49,038 nt of DNA. It comes from Prevotella sp. GTDB taxonomy: Bacteria; Bacteroidota; Bacteroidia; Bacteroidales; Bacteroidaceae. Positions 39,808 through 48,552 of this stretch are shown in pieces (within the stretch, counting starts at the first letter, position 1; every line of letters begins with the position of its first letter). The notes under the pieces are model-generated. The model had not been told where the DNA came from, searched no databases, and saw only the letters and a program-made list of their open reading frames with translations. The translations under genes were made by a program, and so were the position numbers. The stretch lies in NCBI GenBank assembly GCA_016284895.1, contig JAEEPT010000001.1:1-49038 (forward strand), in the 5' to 3' direction.

Positions 39808-40449
39808 TCACTGTACAGCCACCTCTTCGAAGTCATCTACCTCGGCACCCAGCGAGTCGGGCACGTCAAGCATATCATCGGTTTCATCATCACCCTCAAA
39901 TCCGCGGCCTATCATCAGCGTGAGCGGTGTTTCAATAGACACCAGCTGGCCCGTCTGCAGAGGCTTGTCGCCGGCCATGACCCCATACACCCAGTCGCGC
40001 TCGCCCTCTACTTTCTTGGGTTCCAACAGGACGAAGCCGATGGCTGTGAGTCGTGCCTGCGCCTCTCGGCAGCTGGTATTGTCGATGATATCGGGAATTT
40101 TCACTTTGGGTGACGAAGGCGAGTTGATGGTCACATAGATGGTGCGTCCCATCTTGATGTGAGTTCCCTCACGGGGCGTCTGCACCAGAATGCAATTGGC
40201 ATCCATCTTCTTGTTGTAGCCGGTGTCCGAGGCCACGACAAACACTCCGTAGCCAGACATCTGGTCAACAGCCTCTTCATAGCTGACACCATACAGATTG
40301 GGCACCTCGATATTCTCGCCATGATGAGTATAGTCAGCCAGCCAGAATTGCACACCTATGAAGAGTGCAATCACTACGATGAACATTGCGATGATGTTTC
40401 CCCAAAGGAACCTACTCTTGAACTTATTCAGAAACACTTTAATATCCAT
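39808..40449 (-). CDS. PASTA domain membrane protein
   Basis: TM helix then YTHHGENIEVPNL and two PASTA repeats; ATG at 40449; promoter TACCTTTG at 40517..40510. Confidence 0.9.
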   Translation of the reverse strand: MDIKVFLNKFKSRFLWGNIIAMFIVVIALFIGVQFWLADYTHHGENIEVPNLYGVSYEEAVDQMSGYGVFVVASDTGYNKKMDANCILVQTPREGTHIKMGRTIYVTINSPSSPKVKIPDIIDNTSCREAQARLTAIGFVLLEPKKVEGERDWVYGVMAGDKPLQTGQLVSIETPLTLMIGRGFEGDDETDDMLDVPDSLGAEVDDFEEVAVQ

Positions 40450-40619
40450 AGCCTCTAAGCTTGTTTCGCCGCATTGCTCCTGCGAGCACGCGCCTTCACG
40501 AATTTGCCACAAAGGTAGTGAAAAAAATGCGATTAAAGAAAACAAATGTCAGATATTTTTCGTACTTTTGCAGTCAATCAGTTTCTGACTACTAAAAAAA
40601 ACACCCGGCTATCCAGAAT

Positions 40620-42200
40620 ATGCACCGTTTCATCACTATATTATTCATCGCTATATTCGCACTTCAGCTGAAGGCACAGAATGCTGTTGAGGACTACGAC
40701 TCGCTGTCGCAGTTGCCCTCAGCCGTGCTGATGGAACAGGGGCGCACCTACTTCGAGCAGCGCGTGCCTGGCAAGGCGCTGGCCTGCTTCACCATCGTGA
40801 GCGACCGTTACAAGGGTCATCGGCGAAGCGAGGAGGCCAAAGAGTGCATTCGCGCACTCAACAACATCGGATGCGTGTACAAATATTTCTATTTCGACTA
40901 CGTACAGGCCTATAGCCACCTGATTCGCGCCTACGATCTATGTGAAGAGTTAGGCTACGACGAGCTGTTGCCGTTGGTGCTCCTCAACCTGGGCGACCTG
41001 TTCAACGACTACGGTGACAGCTACGACTCTCAATCGCTCTCCCAACAGGCCACCGACATCTTCAACCAGTGCATAGACAAGGCTTTCGAGAGCAAGAACT
41101 GGGAACTGCTGACCACTGCATTCTTCAACCTGTCGAGCCAAAACTACACACTCGACCTCGCCAAATACGAGAACATCTTCTCGACTGAGATACCTGACTC
41201 TACACCCGACCTGGACTACATCCGACTGCAATACAAAGGCATTCGCCACATACAGCAGGGGCAATATGCCGAGGCCCGCAAATGTTTCGAGCAACAACTG
41301 CCGGTAGTGAGCGCACCGTGGGGCGCTGAGCGCGACACCCTCTCCTCCTATATGAACATTGCCAAGACCTACGCATTGGAGAACAGCCACGCTCAGGAGG
41401 CCCACTATCTGTTGCAGGCTTTGGACATTTCGATAGCCAACAGCGACGACGACCTCTCAGCAAAAATCTGCAAGCAACTTGTCAAAAGCTACGAACTGTT
41501 GGGCAATCAGGAATTGCAGCAGCAGTATCGCTTACTCTATCTTGAGAAGATGGAGGCCAGACAACACTCACACCTGGCCAATATCGGTGAACTAAGCTAC
41601 ATCAACGAGTTGCGCAAGCAAGAGCAACGGGCTCAGGAACTAGCCGAGGTGCGACTGTTTCAGCAGTTCCTCCTTCTCACCGCTGCCATCGTTCTGCTGG
41701 TAGTGGTCATTTCGGTCATTCTGCTCTGGCGGAAGACCCGCGAACTCCAAGCACGCAACCAAATTCTATACGAGAAATACCAGCAGACACTGAAGCTTGA
41801 CACCGATGAGAGCAAGTACAGCCACAGCAACCTGAACGACAGTCAGAAAGAGGCGCTATCCTCCCGCATTGAACAAATCCTGAACGACGCCAAAGCCATC
41901 TGCCAGCAGGACTTCAACATGAGTCATCTGGCGAAACTGGCTGACTCGAACACCACATACGTATCGCAAGTCATCAACGAGCGCTACGGAATGACATTCA
42001 GCAACGTACTCTCAAAGTTCCGCATACGCGAAGCATGCCGACGCATCAGTGACGAGCGCGAGCAATATGCTAACATCACCATCGAAGGCATAGCCACCAG
42101 TGTGGGGTTCAAGTCGCGCACTGCATTCATCAATGCCTTCAAGCGCGAAGTGGGCATCACTCCGTCTGAGTACATCCGCATGGCTGCTAACGAAAGTTAG
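40620..42200 (+). CDS. Membrane-spanning one-component regulator: periplasmic TPR sensor, one TM, cytoplasmic AraC HTH
   Basis: Signal peptide; ALNNIG/LLNLG TPR motifs; TM LLLTAAIVLLVVVISVILLW; GFKSRTAFINAFKREVGITPSEY. Confidence 0.9.
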   Translation: MHRFITILFIAIFALQLKAQNAVEDYDSLSQLPSAVLMEQGRTYFEQRVPGKALACFTIVSDRYKGHRRSEEAKECIRALNNIGCVYKYFYFDYVQAYSHLIRAYDLCEELGYDELLPLVLLNLGDLFNDYGDSYDSQSLSQQATDIFNQCIDKAFESKNWELLTTAFFNLSSQNYTLDLAKYENIFSTEIPDSTPDLDYIRLQYKGIRHIQQGQYAEARKCFEQQLPVVSAPWGAERDTLSSYMNIAKTYALENSHAQEAHYLLQALDISIANSDDDLSAKICKQLVKSYELLGNQELQQQYRLLYLEKMEARQHSHLANIGELSYINELRKQEQRAQELAEVRLFQQFLLLTAAIVLLVVVISVILLWRKTRELQARNQILYEKYQQTLKLDTDESKYSHSNLNDSQKEALSSRIEQILNDAKAICQQDFNMSHLAKLADSNTTYVSQVINERYGMTFSNVLSKFRIREACRRISDEREQYANITIEGIATSVGFKSRTAFINAFKREVGITPSEYIRMAANES

Positions 42201-42250
42201 CTTTCTTTTTCCCCATTCCATCGTCTTTTCATCAAAAGCGAATCACCATC

Positions 42251-42399
42251 TGACGCAGGCTATATCACAACATGATTTAGGCTATTTCACGTTGCGATTT
42301 AGGCTATTTCACGATGCGATTTAGGCTAAATCATTTTGCGATTTAGTTTAGATCATTTTACGATTTAGCCTAAATCATTGCGTGATATAGCCTAAATCA
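42251..42399. repeat. Array B: seven 17-bp palindromes (YGATTTAGSCTAAATCA) with 5-bp spacers, 22-bp period
   Basis: Units start at 42251, 42273, 42295, 42317, 42339, 42361, 42383. Confidence 0.92.
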
Positions 42400-42764
42400 G
42401 TTCTGCCTGTACGGTTGAAAGAAATACATATAAAAGTTGAAAGAAATGATCATCTCGATGAAATGGCGCTTTTTTGGTATCACTCCAAAAACAAGATGCC
42501 AACCAGCTAATTACTATCTGTGATTTTTACCCCATAAAAGCAAACAAATCATAAGTAAAACCCCGCTTTTTGTACGGATTTAAATGTTAAAAGCACATAA
42601 TTTCGTTCAGATTTGTAAATATGAACGTTTTCTGCCCCACTCTTTTCTGTCTATTCGTTCTTTTCCACTTATCTTTGCAGTCCGATTGCTACATAAATTA
42701 TAAAATATGTATATATAAGAACTCGATCGAAAATGAAAACAAAATTATAAAAGTTAAACGAATT

Positions 42765-44459
42765 ATGAAAAGAAAGTTATTTACAACACTCTCGCTGACC
42801 GCTCTTCTCTGCCTGTCAGCAAACGCACAGACAGTCAAGATCAACGGTGTTGGCCACGACAACCGCTATGATGATGGCGAACAGATGAAGACGGAATACC
42901 TGGGCTACAACTACGAACTGCAGAAGTCTATCTTCATCGTTGATAATGGTCTCTACACCATGTCGTGGGACGGTTCGGCTCTCACCACCCCCACCAAGGA
43001 GCCACCCGTGAACAAAGCCGACATCAAGGGCAACAACGAAAAGGAGATCTGGGCCAACAACTTCAACATGATGTATGCCAACTCAGGTGCACTCTACGTT
43101 GACGGCAAGCTCATCACCGTAATGTCGCGCGACGAGCAATCGACCACCGACGACGTGCTCTTCGCTGTGCGCAAGTGGGATGCCAAGACCGGCACCCTGC
43201 TCAGCTCTCAATATCGTCCGAAGAGCGACTGCTTAGAGTCGGCTGGTATGGCCTACAACCCTCTGGACGGTAAGATCTACGGTCTGTTCTACCTCACCGA
43301 GCAGAAGCTGTCGGAGGAGTTCACCAGCGACCCCGAATTCTTTGTTGATGAAGACAAGGAGTCGAGCGACGAGGATGCTGGCTATGCCATCTGCACCATC
43401 GACCCCAAGACCATGAAGATTACTCCCATCACCAAGGGACTGTATTACTACAACTTCGTCACGTTCGCCATCAATAGCGAAGGACGCGCTTTTGCTCTGA
43501 CCAGCGGTGCCAGCAGCGCTCCCCTCAGTGAAGACGGTCGTCAGCGCGACATCAACGGCAACCTGACAGGCGCCCAGCTTTGCGAGTTCGACCTCGAAAC
43601 GGGTCTCATGATTCGCAACAGCATACAGAAGACCGACCCCGAGACCCAGGAGACCTATATCGACTATGAGTTCCCCCTGAGTGCTACGGGCTACAGCTCG
43701 CAGTATCGCCGCCAGTCGGCCTGCTTCGACAAGAACAACCCCAACAAGATGTACTGGTGCGGCTATTTCAACAGCGGCAAGGGTGTCAACGAATACGGTT
43801 CATGGACTTCACTGTCTGACAAGGAGTGGCGCACCAACGGTAAGTTTGACACATCGCTCTATGAGATTGACATCACTACTGGCATAGCCACACGCCTTGC
43901 CAACATTAACAATCGCTGGATGTTCTCAGCCATGTGGATTGACGGTGCCGATTCAAGCGACGGTGCCGGCATCGACATCATGGGCAGCAGCGAGCCTACC
44001 GACGGCATCTACCTCGCACTGCAGCATGCCGACAACGGCAGCATCTGGCAGAAGGTGGAGATGGGCAAGCAATATACTTTCTACCTGCAGCCCGCCGATG
44101 GATGGCAGATCAACAGCGTGACCTTCAACGGCAATCCTCTGGAGGTGAATGACGGTGGCTACGTGACCACTCCTTCCATCAGCTCTAACGTCTCTTATCT
44201 GATTGTCACCTTCGAAGCTACTGCTGCCAATGGCATTCGCGGCATTCAGGACGATCCCATCTCGCCCATCAAGGTGATGGGCAAGCGCGGAGGCATCACC
44301 GTGACCAATGCCGACGGCCAGCTACTGAGCGTCTTCAACGCTAAAGGTCAGCAGCTCTTTACCCGCCAACTGGAAGGCGACCAGACCAGCATCAGCCTCG
44401 CCGAAGGCCAGCTCTATATTGTCAAAGTGGGTGATAAGGTCATGAAAATCAGACTGTAA
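42765..44459 (+). CDS. T9SS-secreted protein (propeller-like N-domain, Ig-like repeat, CTD)
   Basis: ATG at 42765 after TATCTTTG at 42670; signal peptide ending ANA-Q; MAYNPLDGKIYG; CTD VFNAKGQ...LYIVKVGDKVMKI. Confidence 0.85.
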   Translation: MKRKLFTTLSLTALLCLSANAQTVKINGVGHDNRYDDGEQMKTEYLGYNYELQKSIFIVDNGLYTMSWDGSALTTPTKEPPVNKADIKGNNEKEIWANNFNMMYANSGALYVDGKLITVMSRDEQSTTDDVLFAVRKWDAKTGTLLSSQYRPKSDCLESAGMAYNPLDGKIYGLFYLTEQKLSEEFTSDPEFFVDEDKESSDEDAGYAICTIDPKTMKITPITKGLYYYNFVTFAINSEGRAFALTSGASSAPLSEDGRQRDINGNLTGAQLCEFDLETGLMIRNSIQKTDPETQETYIDYEFPLSATGYSSQYRRQSACFDKNNPNKMYWCGYFNSGKGVNEYGSWTSLSDKEWRTNGKFDTSLYEIDITTGIATRLANINNRWMFSAMWIDGADSSDGAGIDIMGSSEPTDGIYLALQHADNGSIWQKVEMGKQYTFYLQPADGWQINSVTFNGNPLEVNDGGYVTTPSISSNVSYLIVTFEATAANGIRGIQDDPISPIKVMGKRGGITVTNADGQLLSVFNAKGQQLFTRQLEGDQTSISLAEGQLYIVKVGDKVMKIRL

Positions 44460-44480
44460 TTTGATTCTAACAATTAAATA

Positions 44481-47201
44481 ATGAACAGAATTAATCAGAT
44501 TCTGTTGACGGCATTGACGGTCATGGCATTCCTCTTCGGAGGCAGCCTGACGGCCAATGCCGCAACCGTTACAGAGAATTTGAACAGTGGGCTGCCTGAA
44601 GGGTGGTCCTTAGTCGGTAACATCAACAACGACAGCGACCGTGCACGAACGGGCAAGGGCGTGTGGAGCAACGGAAAGTCTGCCACCGATAATTACTTGG
44701 CGACCAGCCCTATTGAAGGCACGTTGACTTTCTATTGGCGCAGCTTCGGAACCAGCGGATCCTACCCCAATGGTACGGTCTATGTCTATCAGTACGACGG
44801 AACGTCAATAGGCACGCTCATCCAGCAGACAGCTGCTTATAAGGGAAGCACTTGGAAACAAGAGACCATCGACCTGGGGAGTTATCACGGACAGGTGGCC
44901 ATCGCTCTCTACTCTGCCTGCATCGATGACATTACTTACATGCCCTACGCTGCAGCCGAAGTGGCTAAGCTCGAAATCAACGGTTACGCATCGGGCAGCA
45001 CCTTCGACTTCGGAACCGTGCCTGAGGGGGCCACAAAAACTTTTACGCTCAACAACACCGGTCTGGCCGACCTCAGCATCAGCAGTATCAGCGTGACTGG
45101 TGGATTCACCATCACTGAGGGGGCCACACTCACGTCGATTGCTGCTCAGGCATCAGCCCAACTGACCATTGCCACTCCTGCAGCTGACGCAGAAGGCCTG
45201 CTGACTGTGGAGTCAAACGATGCCAACAGCCCCTACACCATTTCGCTGAAGAGCACTTTCAAAGTTCCTGCTCCGCAAATGGGCATCAATATGACCAGTG
45301 TGAACTTTGGTCGTGTGACTGAAAACGCCTCGGCTGAGGTGACTGTCAGCAATACGGGCGATGCAGAGCTCGTTGCTGACATAGCGTCCGACAACAGTGA
45401 GTTCACGGTCAGTCCGGCAAGTCTTACCGTCGCTGCAGGTGCTCAGCAGACGTTCACCGTCACATTCATCTATGACGAGACAGCCTATGGTGCCCACGCA
45501 GCAACGATAACGGTCACTCCAAATGCCGGCAACCCCGTTTCCATCAGTGCGTCGGCAAGCATCAAGAATCCCAACACATGGACGGAAGACTTCGAGACGA
45601 ATAGTCTTCCGAAAGGATGGGAGGCTGACGCCCTTTGGACCTTTGGCGATGGTGTAGCCCACGGGGCCTACCAGTATGCCACCACCAGCTACCTCACAAC
45701 TCCGGCACTGATGGTCGATGGGCCGTCAGACCAGCTCACTTTCCAGGGACGCGAAGCAGGCATCTATCCTTCCATCAAGATTGAGAAATCACTCAACGGC
45801 GGTGCATGGACCGCTTGCATGACCATCAACAGCGACAACATCAGCGATCAGTGGCAGACCTATACCGTCACTGGCCTTGAGGCAGGAACCTATCGTTTCC
45901 GTTTTGTCAGTGACAGCTACGACTTAGACAATTTCGAAGGATTCGTGCTGAACGCCAACGCTCCTGCGATGGACTTCAAAGCTGAGGACTTCGTAGCAGG
46001 CAAAGTGACAACTGCCGCTTCGAAGACCTATACAGTCAGCAACAGTGGTACGGGTACGCTGATGGTCGATATCACCTCCGATAACGAGATGTTCACCGTC
46101 ACGCCCGCCCAGCTCACCGTCACTGACCAGCCACAGCAATTCACGGTCACCTTCACTCCGCAGGAAGGCGTCTTCGGCAAGTTCGATGCTACAATTACTG
46201 TCACACCTGCCTACGATGCTGCACAAGCCGTTTCGTTCAAGGCAACAGCACAGGTGGTGGATCCAGAGGCATGGGCAGAGTATTTCGACGAAGAGGCGTT
46301 GCCAGAAGGATGGGATGTCATAGGAACCCTGTCAAACTGGACTTTTGCCAATGGAATGGCCAGCGGCAGCTACGAGCCTAACGGATGGTTAGTGACACCC
46401 AAGCTGATTGTAGAAGCAAACAAGGAACTCACCTTCCAGGCTAAGTCGAAACAATACAACACTGATATCAAGGTGCAATATCAGAAGGATGGCGGTGAGT
46501 GGACAGACCTCTTCAGTGAGGAGCGCAACAGTCAGGACGAGTTTGAGACCTTCACCATCAGCCAGTTGGAAGCTGGCACCTACCGTTTCCGCATTGCGAC
46601 AGAGAACATCTATCTTGACAATTTCGAAGGATTCCGTTTGGTACCTTCTGAAGCAGTCAGGGAGACATGGTACGTCAGCTACACCTTCCACTATATGGGT
46701 TCTAACGACACTGAGCAGAAAGAAAGCGCTGTCGAGGAGATGGAGGTAGAGTTCGATGGCGATGACCTGGCCTTCAACTTCCCCAACCCCATCAGGAGTA
46801 ACACCTGGATGAAGGGTACAAAATCTACGGAAGAAGGCCCCGTGTCATACATCTTCCCCAACGGACAGTACATTGGCAAATTCGGAACCGAGGATGCCTA
46901 CTACTGTGGATCAAACGGCAACGAACTCATCGACATGCAGTTCTATTATGATGAGGAGGCTAACACCTTCCATAACTTCCAGCACATCCTGATTAACAGT
47001 TCGCAGACCGTAGTCAACTACTGGGGCTACTTCTCCGACGTGGTGGTCAGCAAGACGAAGCCTGACTTTACGGGAATTGCACGGCAGCGCCAATGGAGCA
47101 CCGCAACTGACAGAACCGTCTTCGACCTGCAGGGCCGACAGGTTAAAAGACCCTCCAAAGGCATCTATATCGTGGGTGGACGGAAGGTCATAAAGCGTTA
47201 G
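44481..47201 (+). CDS. T9SS-secreted modular adhesin-like protein (cleaved-adhesin-like and choice-of-anchor-D/ASH-like Ig domains)
   Basis: Signal peptide; 3x LP[EK]GW modules; FG.V...N.G...L Ig modules; CTD VFDLQGRQV...KGIYIVGGRKV. Confidence 0.85.
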   Translation: MNRINQILLTALTVMAFLFGGSLTANAATVTENLNSGLPEGWSLVGNINNDSDRARTGKGVWSNGKSATDNYLATSPIEGTLTFYWRSFGTSGSYPNGTVYVYQYDGTSIGTLIQQTAAYKGSTWKQETIDLGSYHGQVAIALYSACIDDITYMPYAAAEVAKLEINGYASGSTFDFGTVPEGATKTFTLNNTGLADLSISSISVTGGFTITEGATLTSIAAQASAQLTIATPAADAEGLLTVESNDANSPYTISLKSTFKVPAPQMGINMTSVNFGRVTENASAEVTVSNTGDAELVADIASDNSEFTVSPASLTVAAGAQQTFTVTFIYDETAYGAHAATITVTPNAGNPVSISASASIKNPNTWTEDFETNSLPKGWEADALWTFGDGVAHGAYQYATTSYLTTPALMVDGPSDQLTFQGREAGIYPSIKIEKSLNGGAWTACMTINSDNISDQWQTYTVTGLEAGTYRFRFVSDSYDLDNFEGFVLNANAPAMDFKAEDFVAGKVTTAASKTYTVSNSGTGTLMVDITSDNEMFTVTPAQLTVTDQPQQFTVTFTPQEGVFGKFDATITVTPAYDAAQAVSFKATAQVVDPEAWAEYFDEEALPEGWDVIGTLSNWTFANGMASGSYEPNGWLVTPKLIVEANKELTFQAKSKQYNTDIKVQYQKDGGEWTDLFSEERNSQDEFETFTISQLEAGTYRFRIATENIYLDNFEGFRLVPSEAVRETWYVSYTFHYMGSNDTEQKESAVEEMEVEFDGDDLAFNFPNPIRSNTWMKGTKSTEEGPVSYIFPNGQYIGKFGTEDAYYCGSNGNELIDMQFYYDEEANTFHNFQHILINSSQTVVNYWGYFSDVVVSKTKPDFTGIARQRQWSTATDRTVFDLQGRQVKRPSKGIYIVGGRKVIKR

Positions 47202-47451
47202 CATCTCCCCTCAGAAGAATCAGCTCCCTCTTATATCAGCTCCCTTATAGGGGACTTAGATATGAGGGGGAGTCTTCTTACACCACCAGAGCGAAGAAAA
47301 ATCGTTGAAAACACAGCCTCCCCTAGTTTTTCGTTCGAATTTGTATGTGTGAACGAAAAAAATATGAGATTATTTCTTTTTTTCAGAAAAATTCGTATCT
47401 TTGCACTATCAACGTGGTGGCAGAGCGAATGGATAAGCAAGATATAAAAAT

Positions 47452-47892
47452 ATGGAACAGGAAGATATTACAAGCAAATGGCTTGATATAGCTAACCGGG
47501 ACTTGGATGCGGCAGAATGGTTGCAACAAGGTGGACGTTGGTTGTATGTAGCATTCGAATGCCATCAGGCTTTGGAAAAATACATAAAAGCTTATTGGTG
47601 TGGAACTCGCGATGACACTCCACCATATTTGCACGACCACTGGCGACTACTCGATGGGTGCGGACTGATAGAGAAATTGAATGATGACCAAAAGCGGTTC
47701 ATTGAGTATATGAAACCCATGTATATTGCCGCAAGGTATCCAGAACACAAACAGCGAGTCGCTGCGACTTTAAACGAAGATAATTGCAAAGACATAGTAA
47801 ATCAAACAAAACAATTCAGACAATGGTTACACCAAGAATTCTTAGCCGCGACGAAGCTCTCCAGCTTGTCCGACACTATAAACGAAGAATAG
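47452..47892 (+). CDS. HEPN domain protein (putative toxin)
   Basis: FECHQALEKYIKA, PPYLHD, YIAARYP pattern of PF05168/COG2250-type HEPN; promoter TATCTTTG at 47396. Confidence 0.9.
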   Translation: MEQEDITSKWLDIANRDLDAAEWLQQGGRWLYVAFECHQALEKYIKAYWCGTRDDTPPYLHDHWRLLDGCGLIEKLNDDQKRFIEYMKPMYIAARYPEHKQRVAATLNEDNCKDIVNQTKQFRQWLHQEFLAATKLSSLSDTINEE

Positions 47893-48143
47893 CACCACGT
47901 TTTAATAACCAGGTAAAGGTTATGATGTATGGTTCATACGCCAAGGGGTGTCCCAACATGTGGAGCGACATTGACGTAGCAGTCATTGTTCCTAAGATTG
48001 ACAATGACAAATGGCTCGAACAGTCAGCAGATTTAGTTCACGAGAGTCATCAAATGAACAGTCTTATTGAACCTGTTCTAATGGAAGATAATGAAAACTC
48101 TATCCTTTATTTTGATGTCATGCGCACAGGTGTCACTGTCTAA
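47823..48143 (+). CDS. Minimal nucleotidyltransferase (MNT, putative antitoxin)
   Basis: YGSYAKG...SDIDVAV (GSx10DxD); ATG at 47823 overlaps the HEPN gene by 70 bp. Confidence 0.9.
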   Translation: MVTPRILSRDEALQLVRHYKRRIAPRFNNQVKVMMYGSYAKGCPNMWSDIDVAVIVPKIDNDKWLEQSADLVHESHQMNSLIEPVLMEDNENSILYFDVMRTGVTV

Positions 48144-48240
48144 CAACATAAGAAAGCAAAAAACAATTCAAATAAAAAGTTAACTTGAGAAAAAAGAGCA
48201 AGCTACTGCTCTTAATGCTCCTCTCAATCTTTGTGGGAGG

Positions 48241-48270
48241 AAAAAGGCTCTCGCGTGAGAGCCTTTTTTT
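48241..48270 (+). terminator. Intrinsic terminator after HEPN-MNT
   Basis: AAAAAGGCTCTC-GCGT-GAGAGCCTTTTTTT. Confidence 0.9.
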
Positions 48271-48552
48271 ATATGTTCTCTTGTTACTATGTCTAAACCA
48301 ATGCAGACATAATAACATAAGAACAAGAGAATCAAAGTCACTATTTATATTTATTACTGTTACTATGTAACACTTATTGTTCTGAAAATGTTAAAAATAC
48401 ATCATTTTTTCCTGCAAAATCAAGAATAATTCACTTTTTTTATCGTTTATCATTTTTTTTCATTATTTTTGCGCGATAAATACCTATTTAATAGCTTAAT
48501 CATATATAGTTCGTGTAACAACTCAAATCATATAAAAATAATTTAAATGCTT

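Noticed and set aside
38755-40113. 452-aa + strand ORF, and similar ORFs at 6068-6928, 23440-24246, 36468-37301, 19756-20457
   Set aside because: Antisense shadows of well-supported genes; no motifs or plausible starts
48133-48370. Two 61-aa ORFs after the MNT gene
   Set aside because: They span the terminator hairpin and AT-rich repeats; no support as real genes
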